Notes: generated from the letters alone by a model not told the origin. Counted from the stretch's first letter, positions 48,959 to 59,905 are shown. The stretch: DNA of 64,000 bases from an uncultured Acidobacteriota bacterium (GCA_963797715.1 CAWCQS010000010.1:27271-91270), one strand, 5' to 3'. Numbers and translations are program-made.

Positions 48959-50506
48959 ATGGCGGACGCGAAGAAGCCCAACATCCTGGTGATTTGGGGC
49001 GACGACATCGGACAATCGAATCTGAGTTGCTATACGCACGGATTGATGGGTTATCAGACGCCAAACATCGACCGCATCGCCAAGGAGGGCATGCTGTTCA
49101 CCGACTCCTACGGCGAGCAGTCGTGCACCGCCGGTCGATCGTCGTTCATCACCGGTCAGAGCGTCTACCGTACCGGGCTGTCGAAAGTCGGCATTCCTGG
49201 CGCCCCTGTTGGTATGAGCGACAAGATCATCACCATAGCGGCGGCGTTGAAGAATCAGGGCTATGCCACGGGGCAGTTCGGCAAGAACCACCTCGGCGAT
49301 CTCAACAGCATGCTGCCGACCGCCCACGGCTTCGACGAGTTCTTCGGCAACCTGTATCACCTCAACGCGCAGGAAGATCCGGAAAACTCGGACTACCCGT
49401 CAACGAAGGAGTTTCCGAAGTTCTTCGAGACATTCGGACCGCGTGGCGTCATCCATTCGTACGCAACCGACAAGGACGACACAACCGTAGAACCGCGGTG
49501 GGGCAAGGTCGGAAAGCAGAAGATCGAGGATACGGGCCCACTCAACACCAAGCGCATGGAGACCTGCGACGACGAGTTCGTCGCCGCCGCGTCGGATTTC
49601 ATCAAGCGGCAGCACAAAGACGGGAAGCCCTTCTTCATGTGGCTCAATTTCACCCACATGCACCTGTACACGCATACCAAACCATCGAGTATCGGACAGG
49701 CTGGCCGCTGGCAGTCTCCGTACCACGACACCATGATCGACCACGACAAGAACGTCGGCCAGGTGCTCGACCTGCTCGATCAGTTGGGCATCGCCGACAA
49801 CACATTCGTGATGTATTCGACCGACAACGGCCCGCATCGCAATTCGTGGCCGGACGGCGGGATGACGCCGTTCCGCAGCGAGAAGAACACCAACTGGGAA
49901 GGCGCCTTCCGCATCCCGTTACTGGCGCGCTGGCCTGGCAAAATCAAGGCAGGATCGATCGCCAACGGCATCGTGCAGCATCACGACTGGTTCCCGACGT
50001 TCCTGGCCATGGCGGGCGATCCCGACGTCATGGAAAAACTGAAGAAGGGCTATCCGGCGATCGGCCGGACCTACAAGAACCACATCGACGGCTTCAATCT
50101 GGTGCCTTACCTCACCGGCAAGGCCAAGGAGTGTCCGCGCAACTTCTTCTTCTACTTCAGTGACGACGGGGACGTGCTGGGCATGCGCTACGACAACTGG
50201 AAAATGCTCTTCATGGAGCAGCGGTGTCATGGCACGTTGCAGGTCTGGGCGGAACCGTTTACCCGATTACGCATACCAAAGCTGTTCAACTTGCGCACTG
50301 ATCCTTATGAGTTTGCCGACGTCACCTCGAACACGTACTGGGAGTGGTACATGAGGCACGGCTACCTCATCATGTTCGCGCAGGCGGCCGCGTCAAAGTT
50401 TGCCGACACCTTCAAGGACTTTCCGGCGATACAGAAACCCAACACATTCACCATCGACGATGCGATGGCGAAGATGTCCGACATGGCCAGTAGCGGTGGC
50501 CACTGA
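48959..50506 (+). CDS. Arylsulfatase (formylglycine-dependent sulfatase family), no signal peptide
   Basis: It reads KPNILVIWGDDIGQSNLS, active-site box SCTAGRSSFITG (C-x-A-x-R variant), GQFGKNHLGD and VMYSTDNGPH. The N-terminus MADAKKPN has no hydrophobic leader. Confidence 0.85.
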   Translation: MADAKKPNILVIWGDDIGQSNLSCYTHGLMGYQTPNIDRIAKEGMLFTDSYGEQSCTAGRSSFITGQSVYRTGLSKVGIPGAPVGMSDKIITIAAALKNQGYATGQFGKNHLGDLNSMLPTAHGFDEFFGNLYHLNAQEDPENSDYPSTKEFPKFFETFGPRGVIHSYATDKDDTTVEPRWGKVGKQKIEDTGPLNTKRMETCDDEFVAAASDFIKRQHKDGKPFFMWLNFTHMHLYTHTKPSSIGQAGRWQSPYHDTMIDHDKNVGQVLDLLDQLGIADNTFVMYSTDNGPHRNSWPDGGMTPFRSEKNTNWEGAFRIPLLARWPGKIKAGSIANGIVQHHDWFPTFLAMAGDPDVMEKLKKGYPAIGRTYKNHIDGFNLVPYLTGKAKECPRNFFFYFSDDGDVLGMRYDNWKMLFMEQRCHGTLQVWAEPFTRLRIPKLFNLRTDPYEFADVTSNTYWEWYMRHGYLIMFAQAAASKFADTFKDFPAIQKPNTFTIDDAMAKMSDMASSGGH

Positions 50507-50621
50507 GAAAGGGCGGCGGGCGGGTACGCTCGCCGTCACCTTCCACAAACGAAGCGGCGAACTCGTGTCGCCGCTCCGCCTTTTGCACCTGATATCGTTC
50601 CAGCACAGGACTGAGAAGCCG

Positions 50622-51654
50622 ATGCGAAGATCTTTCTTTGCCGTCATCCTCCTCGGCGTTCTGACTGCCGCGCCGGCGTGCCGCGGCCAGGCGCCGACGG
50701 TGCAGGCACCGGGCGTGACGCCAGCGCCAGCTCCCGCCGCCGATCCCCTCCCCTCCTGGAACGACGGAGCGTCGAAGAAGGCCATCGTCAGCTTCGTGAC
50801 ACGCGTCACGACGAAGGGCGGCGCTGACTTCGTACCCGCGCCAGAACGAATCGCGACGTTCGACAACGACGGCACGCTCTGGTCCGAGCAGCCGATTTAC
50901 TTTCAGCTCGCATTTGCGCTGGATCGGGTGAAGGCGCTCGCTCCGCAACACCCTGAGTGGAAGATCGAAGCAGCCGTTCAAGGGCATGCTCGAGCACGAC
51001 ATGAAGGCGGTGCAGGCCGCGGGCGAGAAGGGCTTGCTCGAGGTCATCGCCGCAACCCATGCCGGCAACACGACCGAGGAGTTCGAAAAGATCGTCACCG
51101 ACTGGATCGGCACCGCGCGCCATCCGAAGACGAACAAGCCCTACACCGAGATGGTGTTCAAGCCGATGCTCGAGCTCCTCGCCTATCTGCGGGCCAGCGG
51201 ATTCAAGACCTACATCGTCTCGGGTGGCGGCGTCGAGTTCATGCGGCCGTGGACCGAACGGGTCTACGGCATTCCGCCGGAGCAGGTGATCGGCAGCCGC
51301 GCCAAGGTGAAGTACGAACTGCGCGATGGCCGGCCGGTGCTGCTCCGTCTTCCCGCCGTCGACCATATCGACGACAAAGCAGGCAAGCCGGTCGGCATCC
51401 ACCAGATGATCGGCCGCCGTCCGATCGCGGCCTTCGGCAATTCCGACGGCGACTTCGAAATGCTGGAGTGGACGACGTCCGCGCCCGGCGCGCGCTTCGG
51501 CCTGATCGTCCACCACACGGACGCCGAGCGCGAATGGGCCTACGATCGCGACTCCCACATCGGCCAACTCGCCCGCGGCCTCGACGAAGCCCCCAAACGC
51601 GGCTGGACCGTCGTCGACATGAAAAACGATTGGAAAGCGATCTACCCGGAGTGA
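50622..51654 (+). pseudogene. Secreted HAD-superfamily hydrolase/phosphatase; one frame break near 50966
   Basis: From ATG 50622 there is a signal peptide (FFAVILLGVLTAAPACRG), then IATFDNDGTLW (DxDxT motif) to ..QHPEWK. A +1 shift joins KQPFKGMLEHDMKAV..YIVSGGGVEFMRP..AAFGNSDGDFEML of ORF 50986..51654. Confidence 0.75.
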
Positions 51655-51770
51655 AGTCGTCATTACGACGTTTTCGCGGCTGGGCTGACCGGCCTATGGC
51701 ACTTTGGTCGTACGTCGCTCGACAGCCTTTTTCACTACAATCACCCGTCACCTCTTCAAGGACGGATTGC

Positions 51771-52604
51771 ATGAGGCACACCTTGCCCTTCCCGCGCACC
51801 GTTTTTCGCCTCGCCTTCGCCGCGGGGCTGTCGGCGGGACTTGTCAGCGCTTGCGGAGAGCGCGAACCGCGGACCGACGCCGAGCGCCTCACTCGCGGCA
51901 AGGAAGTCGTTGAGCGGATGAGCGCACGCCTGGGCGGAGCGCAATCGTTCAGCGTCACGACCCGTGAGGTCCGCGATCAGGTCAAGCGCAGCGGCCAAGA
52001 GCAGAAGGTCAATCTAACCCGTGAGACGGTCGTCCGGCGACCCGATCGGCTCTATACCAAAACCGCCGGCGACCTGCAGAACGAATCGTGGTACGACGGC
52101 ATCGGCTTGACGATCGTCCTGCACAAGGACAAAGTCTTCGGTCAGGCGCGGATGCCGGAAACCCTGGACAAGACGCTCGACGCCATGCACGAACGGTATG
52201 GTGTCGCGACTCCGCTCGCCGATTTCGTCTACACCTCGCCCGCCAAGGCGCTGCTCACGGATACGACAACCGGCGGATGGGTTGGCCGAGAAACCGTCGA
52301 CGGCAAGCAGGCCGACCACGTCTCGTTCAAGGACACAGGCGTGAACTGGGATTTGTGGGTGGCGGCGACCGGAGAACCGCTGCCGATCAAGGCCGTCGTG
52401 GAGTTCACCGACACCAGGCGCCTGCGCAAGGTGGAGTTGGTATTCTCCGACTGGAATCTTGCGCCGCAGATTGCCAGCGACCGATTCACGCCGTCGGTGC
52501 CCAAGGACTACGAGGGGATTGCGATGGTCCAGCGCGCTCGTGTGCTGCGAAACGTCCCTGAAGGCGAAGCCGAAGCCCCACCCACGACCGGCGGCAAGAA
52601 GTAG
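51771..52604 (+). CDS. DUF2092-like (LolA-fold) lipoprotein
   Basis: ATG 51771 and lipobox LVSAC. The protein reads ..FSVTTREV..VVRRPDRLYTKTAGDLQNESWYDGIGLTIV..GVATPLADFVYTSPAKALL..GRETVDGKQADHVSF..VNWDLWVAATGEPLPIKAVVEF. It lies inside the listed long ORF 50400..52604, which fuses three genes. Confidence 0.7.
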   Translation: MRHTLPFPRTVFRLAFAAGLSAGLVSACGEREPRTDAERLTRGKEVVERMSARLGGAQSFSVTTREVRDQVKRSGQEQKVNLTRETVVRRPDRLYTKTAGDLQNESWYDGIGLTIVLHKDKVFGQARMPETLDKTLDAMHERYGVATPLADFVYTSPAKALLTDTTTGGWVGRETVDGKQADHVSFKDTGVNWDLWVAATGEPLPIKAVVEFTDTRRLRKVELVFSDWNLAPQIASDRFTPSVPKDYEGIAMVQRARVLRNVPEGEAEAPPTTGGKK

Positions 52605-52616
52605 CACGGTGACATC

Positions 52617-53309
52617 ATGATGAGAACGACGACACTGCAAAAACTCGCGGCCGCCGTGGCCATCGTCACGACTGGCGTGTGGCTCGCTCCGGTAGCCGCC
52701 CAGGTTCGCGGTGGCCGCCGGACGGCAACTGTCCAGGGCGAAGAGGGAAGGGCGGCGGCGGCCGGGCCACGAGGCGTCGCCGTGAAGGGCGAAGAAGGCT
52801 ACGCCGCCGCCGGCCGACACGGCGCAGTGGCCAAAGGTGACGAAGGCTACGCCGCCGTCGGGCGGCATGGCGCCGTGGCCCAGACCGAAGATGGCTACGC
52901 CCGTGCCGGCCCTCGTGGCGCGGTGGTCGCGGGCGAAGAAGGCTACCAGGCCGTTGGGCGCCACGGCGTCGTCGTCGGCAACAACTATGAGAGCTACGAG
53001 GCGTGGCGCGCGGTTGCCGGCGTCGGCGTAGGCATTGCCATCGGCACCATGCTGGCGAAGCCACCAGCGGCGGCGGCGCCAGTCGTTGTCGAAGGCGCGA
53101 GCTACTACTATGCGGACGGCACGTACTACACGCGAGTGATGTCCAACGGCACCATGGTGTATCAGGTCGTTGCGCCGCCCGCCGGCGCCATCATCACGAC
53201 ATTGCCTGCGGGCTGTCAGTCGGTCCGCGTCGGTAACGCCACCTACAGCCAGTGCGGCGGGGTGCACTACGAGAGAGTGTCGAACGGATATCGCGTGGTA
53301 GTTCTCTAG
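52617..53309 (+). CDS. Secreted hypothetical protein with five tandem 16-aa GEEGYAAxGRHGAVxx repeats and a Tyr/Gly-rich C-terminal domain
   Basis: After a signal peptide it reads [84 protein letters not shown] hydrophobic segment follows, then YYYADGTYYTRV..YQVVAPPAGAIITTLPAGCQSVRVGNATYSQCGGVHYERV. Confidence 0.65.
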   Translation: MMRTTTLQKLAAAVAIVTTGVWLAPVAAQVRGGRRTATVQGEEGRAAAAGPRGVAVKGEEGYAAAGRHGAVAKGDEGYAAVGRHGAVAQTEDGYARAGPRGAVVAGEEGYQAVGRHGVVVGNNYESYEAWRAVAGVGVGIAIGTMLAKPPAAAAPVVVEGASYYYADGTYYTRVMSNGTMVYQVVAPPAGAIITTLPAGCQSVRVGNATYSQCGGVHYERVSNGYRVVVL

Positions 53310-53360
53310 CGAATGCCGGCGCGACAGCTGCTCGTCCGGAAGTAACGGGGGCATTTCCTT

Positions 53361-56300
53361 TCACTGCGCCGCAGCGAGGAACGCGAGCAGGTCGGCCAGC
53401 TCGCGCGGCGTCAACTGGTCGGCGAGGCCCGCGGGCATCAGCGACACCGTGCCTGGCTGGATGTCGACCACCTGGTCCCGAAGAATTCGCGTTTCGTCGC
53501 GCAGGCCGGTCGCAAGGACGATCGCGTCGCGAGTGTCGCTACGCAGCACCCCGCTTCGCGTCTCCCCTGACCTGAGGGTGACGACGACCGGCTCATAGCC
53601 GCGCGCGAAGCTGGCGCTCGGAAAGACAATCGACTCGAGCAGGTCGCGCTCGCCGCGGACTCGTCCGATGCTCGTCAGGTCGGGTCCGATGCGGCCGCCC
53701 ATGTAGCCGATGGTGTGGCAGGACGAGCACGCGGCCTTCTGACCGTTGAAGACGTCCTGGCCGCGGCGGCGATCGCCGCTGCCAAGCGACCCTAACAGCT
53801 GTGCCAGGCGGTCGGCGTCCTTGGCGGCGTCCGTGTGCAGGAGCTCGAGAAGCGACTCGCCTTCGCGCCGGACCGGCTCTGGATACCTCTCGAGCCGCGG
53901 CCGCAGCACGTCGGCCCGGACACTCGAACGTGACTTCGCACGCGTCAGTGCCCGAACCATGGCCAGCCCGACGGTCGCATCGCTGCTGTTGTCGTACGCG
54001 CGCAGCACGCGAGGCAGCTCCAGTGGGCCGATGATGGCGAGCGCTTCGGTCAGACTGAGCAGTTGTTCCCGGTCCAACCTGGCGGTTTCGAGAACGCTCG
54101 CGGCCATGGTTCTCACCGGCAGCGGACCACTCGGCCAGAGAGAATTGACCACCAGCGCGAACTCGTCGGCATCGATGCGCTCGAGCCCGCCACGAATCGA
54201 CGCCAGAGCATCGAGTCGAATCAGCGCCGGCCGCGATCCGTCTCGAGCCACGTGCATCAACGTTGTGCGCAGCTCGCCATCGAAGGCTTTTGGAGCTGGT
54301 GCCGCTCGAACGACGGCGAGTGCTCGAGTGACCGCCAGCGTGTCCGCCGATTCGAGCACGCTACCGAGCGGCGGTATCCAGGCTGCCGGCAATTCCTTTG
54401 CGCGCGTCGCAGCCATAGCGCTCAAAGCGATCGCTCGAGCATCCGGCGATGGCGGCTGCGCGACGGTGTTCGCCAGCAGTGTTTGGACAGCCGCATTGTC
54501 CGCAAACCGGCCCAAGCTCTCGACCAGCTCCTTTCGGCCTGCAGCATCGCCATTCGCGGCCGCGAGCCGTCTCTCGAAAAGCGTCGCCAGCGATGCACCC
54601 CACTCCGGATGACGTCCGGCAATCCACCACGCCGTGCCGTTGACGAGCGGATCGGAGGACTCGAGGAGCGGCATGACGATGGCGGCGTCGAGCTTCGCGC
54701 CGGTCATCTGATCGAGAGCGAGAAGGGCGGTGCGGCGGGCCCGCGCCGGTGTTTGTTCTCGCAGACCGTCTGTCGATGTCGCCGTCGCGTCGCCGATCTC
54801 GATCAGCGCGTACGTCAGTGAGTGTTCGAGGATTCGGTCGTGTTCCTTGGCGGCGACGTCGAGGAGAGGGCCGACCGCCCGAGCGTCGCCGATGCGTCCC
54901 AGAGCTTCGGCGGCGGCACGTTGCGCTGCGGGAAGTCCACTCGTCAGCAGGCCCAGCAGGTCGGAAACGGCCTCGCGATCCCGCCACAGTCCCGCGGAAT
55001 GCGCTGCGGCTTGCCGCACGCCTGGATCGGTGTCGACCAGCGCCCGCCTGACCGCTTGCCGCGCCGATCCGCTGTCGATACGCGTCAACGCCCAGACGGC
55101 GTTGCGCCGGGCGTCGCTCGAACGAGCCGAGCCCAACGTGCGAGCGAGCGCGGGCACGGCAGGCTCGCCAAGGCTGGCGAAATACCGGAGCACGCGGCTC
55201 TGCACCGCAGGGCGCACGTCGTCCAGCAAGCGCGCCGCGGCGTCAGGCGACAGTGTCGTCCAGTCGATTCGCGAGCCACGAGGATCTGCCGGCGGTTGCG
55301 TGTTCTGCCGCCGGACGCGGTAGATTGCGCCGGGAAGATCGGGTTTGGCCAGCTGCGATGTCGGGCAACAGAGCTTGTACCAAGGCCCGGTATCGAGGAC
55401 GAGCAAGCTGCCGTCGGCGTCTTCGATCACGTCGGTGGGATGAAAGTCGCGGCTGCCAGACACGAGAAAGTCCGTTGCCGTCGCCTTGAACGTCGACCCA
55501 GCCGGCTCCAGCGCGACGCGAATGACCTTGTGCAGGTTGAAAAGGGCGGCAAGGAACGTGTCGCGGTAGTCGGCGCCGAACGCTCGAGATTCGTATCTGG
55601 TCAGACCTGCCGGCACCGCTGGACCAAGGCCGAGAAGCTCCGGCATGAGATCGCCGGTGCGTGGATGTCCATCGATGACGGCGTGCGGCTTGCCATAGAC
55701 GCCACCGTAAATCGCGTGGATCAGACCGTCGCGGCGGCCCTCCTGCGGATGTTCGATGAAGGTCGACGTCAGGATGCGCTCACCCGCCGGCGTGAACGCG
55801 ACATCGACCGGATTGTCCATCCCACCCGTGAGCACGACCTCGATCGTCGTGCCACCGGGGCGACGCCTGAACACGTGCGCGGCTTTCGTGACGAGCGGCG
55901 CTCGGCCGGGCCGTTCGTAGGTCTGCTCGGCAAACGCGCCTTTCGTCCAATAGATCCATCCGTCGAGGCCGAGATACGGCCCGTGCAGATCGTTCGCACA
56001 CCCGGTCAGCGTCTTGCCCTGGAACCATTCTTCGCGCACGTCGGCGACGCCGTCGCCGTTCGTGTCGGTCAATTTCCAGATGCTCGGCGGCGCCGCGACA
56101 TACAGTGAACCGTCGAACCACATCGTCCCCTCGGGAAGCATCATCTTGTCGGCAAAGACGACGCTGCGATCGAAGCGGCCGTCCCCGTTCGTGTCCTCGA
56201 GGCGAACGATGCGATGCGGACGATCGACGACCTGCTTGTCGGGTTTGTCGTTCGATCCAGAAGAGTCTGCGACGAAGAGCCGGCCTTCGTCGTCGAAGTC

Positions 56301-56483
56301 GGCGACAATCGGGCGATCGACGAGCGGCGGCCCGGCCACCTGTTCGACAACGAAGCCGTCAGGAACAGTGATGTTCTGCTCCGGTTGCGCGGCCGCCCGC
56401 CTGGAGCTGGGAAACACGAGCGCGGCCAGAAGGGCCGTCGTCGTCCAGGCCGTGAACATTGCCCACCGTGCCGGCGAATGCAT
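53361..56483 (-). CDS. PVC-type heme-binding CxxCH protein: membrane-bound-dehydrogenase-like N-domain, HEAT repeats, C-terminal cytochrome c domain
   Basis: ATG 56483 has GGAGG 6 nt upstream. The N-terminus reads PDGFVVEQVAGPPLVDRPIVADFDDEGRLFVADS..TNGDGRFD..GPYLGLDGWIYWTKG. Central Ala/Leu-rich HEAT-like repeats follow. The C-terminus reads GQKAACSSCHTIGYMGGRIGPDLTSIG..LMPAGLADQLTPRELADLLAFL. Confidence 0.85.
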   Translation of the reverse strand: MHSPARWAMFTAWTTTALLAALVFPSSRRAAAQPEQNITVPDGFVVEQVAGPPLVDRPIVADFDDEGRLFVADSSGSNDKPDKQVVDRPHRIVRLEDTNGDGRFDRSVVFADKMMLPEGTMWFDGSLYVAAPPSIWKLTDTNGDGVADVREEWFQGKTLTGCANDLHGPYLGLDGWIYWTKGAFAEQTYERPGRAPLVTKAAHVFRRRPGGTTIEVVLTGGMDNPVDVAFTPAGERILTSTFIEHPQEGRRDGLIHAIYGGVYGKPHAVIDGHPRTGDLMPELLGLGPAVPAGLTRYESRAFGADYRDTFLAALFNLHKVIRVALEPAGSTFKATATDFLVSGSRDFHPTDVIEDADGSLLVLDTGPWYKLCCPTSQLAKPDLPGAIYRVRRQNTQPPADPRGSRIDWTTLSPDAAARLLDDVRPAVQSRVLRYFASLGEPAVPALARTLGSARSSDARRNAVWALTRIDSGSARQAVRRALVDTDPGVRQAAAHSAGLWRDREAVSDLLGLLTSGLPAAQRAAAEALGRIGDARAVGPLLDVAAKEHDRILEHSLTYALIEIGDATATSTDGLREQTPARARRTALLALDQMTGAKLDAAIVMPLLESSDPLVNGTAWWIAGRHPEWGASLATLFERRLAAANGDAAGRKELVESLGRFADNAAVQTLLANTVAQPPSPDARAIALSAMAATRAKELPAAWIPPLGSVLESADTLAVTRALAVVRAAPAPKAFDGELRTTLMHVARDGSRPALIRLDALASIRGGLERIDADEFALVVNSLWPSGPLPVRTMAASVLETARLDREQLLSLTEALAIIGPLELPRVLRAYDNSSDATVGLAMVRALTRAKSRSSVRADVLRPRLERYPEPVRREGESLLELLHTDAAKDADRLAQLLGSLGSGDRRRGQDVFNGQKAACSSCHTIGYMGGRIGPDLTSIGRVRGERDLLESIVFPSASFARGYEPVVVTLRSGETRSGVLRSDTRDAIVLATGLRDETRILRDQVVDIQPGTVSLMPAGLADQLTPRELADLLAFLAAAQ

Positions 56484-56688
56484 GCTCGCCTCCGTATGGC
56501 TTCCGCCTTCAAGCATGGTATCGTTGAAGGGTCAGTTGCGCCGCGCTATCGCGTCGGCGCTAAAAAAAGGCTGAGCGACCACGCCCTGTCGTCCACGGGC
56601 CCAGCCAAAAAATCGGTCGCGGCCGGGAGGTGCGCCTATGCAAAACACCACCGGGAGTAGTCGTTAGACACTCCCCACGGAAGAAGGA

Positions 56689-56718
56689 ATGGCCGGCGGA
56701 AACGCCGGCCATTTTTTT
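56689..56718. terminator. Canonical intrinsic terminator, probably bidirectional
   Basis: ATGGCCGGCG-gaaa-CGCCGGCCAT is a perfect 10-bp stem with a GNRA loop. T7 follows on the plus strand and TCCTTCTTCC on the minus strand. It lies 100 nt downstream of the minus-strand esterase stop. Confidence 0.65.
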
Positions 56719-56816
56719 GCCCGGCGCCGTACGCATGTGCTCACTCCGATCGCAGGGCGACCGTAGGATCGACGCTGGCGCCAATCCCACACTTCAGGAC
56801 GAGGAGCGCGACGACC

Positions 56817-57827
56817 TCAAGATTTCCACAACCATCGAAGTATGTCCGGCAACAGCGCTCCGCCATGCGCATCGGAGTGCGCGCCGTCGCCCCACTCGGT
56901 ACTTGACCTCGTACCGCGGCCCCGGCAGCTTCTTTTGGTCGGCGGCGCTATTCGCGTAGTTGAGCGCCGCCAGCATCTGCTGGTTGGCGAGGAACCAGCT
57001 GCCGTGCTGGTTGTCGAGATCGGCCGACCCGTCCTGCAGGAAGATCTTGATCGGCTTGATCGGATTCTTGCGGATCAGCGTCGGATAGAGATCGCCGCCG
57101 GGCACCATCGGCTGACCGTCCTGTGCAGGACGATAGCCAATCGAGGTATAGCTACCGATCATGCTGATGACGTTCTTGAATTGATCCGGCTTGTGCCAGG
57201 CGACAGTGAACGCGCAAATCGCGCCGCTGCTCGTGCCGCCAATCGCGCGCCGTGCCGGATCCTTCGTCAGGTTGTAGGTCTTCCCCACCTCCGGCAGCAT
57301 TTCCTCGACAATGAAGCGCGCGTAGGCGTCGCTCAGCGAGTCGTATTCAGCAGCGCGGTTGTTCGGGTTGCCGGTGCCGAGATCTTCAGGATACGCGTCA
57401 CCGCGCTGGCCAGGCGTGATGAAGATGCCGATCGTCACCGGGATGTCTTTTTTGTGGATCAGATTCTCGAGCACCTGCGGCACACGGAGGGCGCCAGTCG
57501 GATTCGTCGCCCGCTGCCCATCCTGAAATACGAGGACGTTCGCAGCCGTGGCGGCGTCGTACTGCGCGGGCACATAGATCCAGTAGCGGCGAACAGTACC
57601 GGCGAGGATCTGGCTCTTGAAGATGAGCGGGCCTTCGAGCTTGCCCTTCGGCACACCGTCCTGCGGCAACGAGTCCGGGCCGAGCGGGTACGTGCCGGGC
57701 TGACGTTGGCCGGCGCCGGCGCCGGTGCCTGCGCCTGCGTGTTCTGCGCTGCCGTCCGCGGCGTGAGGATGACGGCGGGAACGCCAATCGCAACCAACGA
57801 AAGCACGAGGCGAGTTCTGAGGATCAT
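56817..57827 (-). pseudogene. Secreted esterase (putative esterase/enterochelin-esterase-like alpha/beta hydrolase); two frame breaks (~57711 and ~56897)
   Basis: ATG 57827 (AAGGAG upstream, ATGA overlap with the peptidase stop). [35 protein letters not shown] joins GQRQPGTYPLGPDS..RYWIYVP..AIGGTSSGAICAF of ORF 56794..57876. After ..YEVKY a further shift gives the family-like end EWGDGAHSDAHGGALLPDILRWLWKS and the stop at 56819..56817. Confidence 0.75.
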
Positions 57828-59905
57828 GTCGCTCCTTCGGTGACGCCGAGATTGTAGAGCAGGAACGCGTAGACATCGGCCACGGTTTCGAGCTGCTTGG
57901 TCAGGTTGCTCGGGCCGTGGCCCGATCGCGTCTCGACTCTGATGAGCACGGGCCGGCCCGGACCGGCCATCTCCTGGAGCGTCGCCGCGTATTTGAACGA
58001 ATGGGCAGGAACCACGCGGTCGTCGTGATCGGCGGTCGTGATGAGCGTCGCCGGATAGACTGCCCCGCGCCGGATGTTGTGGATCGGCGAATACGCGAAC
58101 AGGACCTGGAATTCTTCTGGGTTGTCGCTCGAACCGTAGTCGGCGATCCAGTTCCAGCCGATGGTGAATTTCTGAAACCGCAGCATGTCCATCACGCCGA
58201 CCTGGATGATGGCGACGCGGAAGAGGTCCGGCCGCTGATTGATCACCGCGCCCACCAGCAGCCCGCCATTCGAGCCACCCTGGATCGCCAGCCGTTCGGG
58301 TGAGGTGTAGCGGTTGGCGATCAGCCACTCGGCGGCGGCAATGAAGTCGTCGAAGACGTTCTGCTTCCGCGACTTCATGCCCTGCTGGTGCCAGGACTCG
58401 CCGTATTCGCCACCACCACGGAGGTTCGCCTGAGCGTAGACGACGCCGCGTTCGAGAATCGCGAGGCGCGCGGCGCTGAATGTCGGCGACAGCACGACGT
58501 TGAAACCGCCGTAGCCGTAGAGAAGGGTTGGGTTGTTGCCGTCGAGCGTCAGTCCCTGCGATGGACGAGGAACATCGGGACGCGCGTCCCGTCCTTGCTC
58601 GCATAGAAGATCTGCTTTGTCTCGAAGTCGTTCGGATCGTACCCGGGCACGACAGAGCGACGCCACACGACGGTCTCGCGCGTTGCCAGATCGTAGCGAT
58701 AGATTGTCGGCGGCACGCTGAGCGAGTTGAAGGTGTAAAACACGAACTCGTCGTCATGCGAGCCGCCATATACGGTGGCAGCACCAGGGCCTGGCAGTAC
58801 CAATCTCGTGCTCGAACGTGCCATCGAGTCCGTGCACCGATGCCGTGGTCGCGACATCTTTCAAGTAGGTGGCAAACAGCTTCCCTCCGGCCGTCGCCGC
58901 GCTCTGCAGCGGCTCCTGACGTTCGGGCACCACGTCGACCCAGGCGGGCTCGTCGGGACGAGCCGGATCAATGCGCACGACGCGCCAATTCGGCGCCTGG
59001 CGATTGGTCTGCACGAGCAGGCGACTGCCAACGTTGTCGATGACCACGAACGTGTCGTTGGAGATGACCGGCACGACAGGATCGAATCGTAGTGACTGCC
59101 GCGGGCGTTCCGGTGGCTGCTGCGACAGGTCGCAGACGTAGAGCGCGTTACCGTCCGCACCCTTCCCGCGATCCGAGATTGTCAGAATCGCGAAGCGTTC
59201 GTCCTCGGTTGTCAGCAGGGTGTGGAAGCGCTGCGGGTTCGCGGGGTCCTCGTAGACGAGCCAGTCCTCGGTCTGCGGCGTCCCGACGCGGTGGAAACAC
59301 ACCTGGTGATGTTCGTTGATCGAGGCCCGCTCTTGTCCCGGCGGCGGCGCCGGGTAGCGGCTGTAAAAGAAACCGTTGCCGTGCCACGCGACCCCGGACA
59401 CCTTCACCCATTCGATTGTGTCGTCGAGTGTTCGCTTGGTCGCAAGCTCGATGACCCGGTACTGCTGCCAGTCCGAGCCGCTGCGCGACACGCCATAGAC
59501 CGCGTACCGTGCATCCTTGGATGGCACGAACGCGCTCACGCTCACGGTGCCATCGATCGACCAGGTGTTTGGATCGATCAGCACTTCCGGTGTGCCATCC
59601 AAGCCCGCCTGCATGTAGAGAACACTCTGGTTCTGCAGCCCGTGATTGCGGCTGAAGAAGTACCAGGACCCCTTGCGCAGGGGTGCCGAATACTTTTCGT
59701 AGTCGTTGAGCTCGAGCACGCGCGCCCGCAGGTCGGCGCGAAACGGTATGCGCTCGAGATACGGAAACGTGACGGCGTTCTGGGCCTCGACCCACTGCGC
59801 TGTTTCTTGAGATGTATCGTCCTCGAGCCAACGATACGGATCCGGCACCGTAACGCCATGGTAACGATCGACGTGATTGTCTTTCCGAGTCGTCGGCGAA
59901 TTCAT
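57824..59905 (-). pseudogene. Prolyl oligopeptidase (S9A); two frame breaks (~58810 and ~58558)
   Basis: The N-terminus reads YHGVTVPDPYRWLEDDTSQETAQWVEAQN (ORF 58754..59905). The middle reads [34 protein letters not shown] (ORF 58549..58857). The catalytic domain reads [31 protein letters not shown] (ORF 57824..58666). Confidence 0.9.

Noticed and set aside
56630-56959. 109-aa + ORF between the heme-protein and esterase genes
   Set aside because: It reads straight through a canonical terminator hairpin and into the antisense of the esterase gene. It has no motif.
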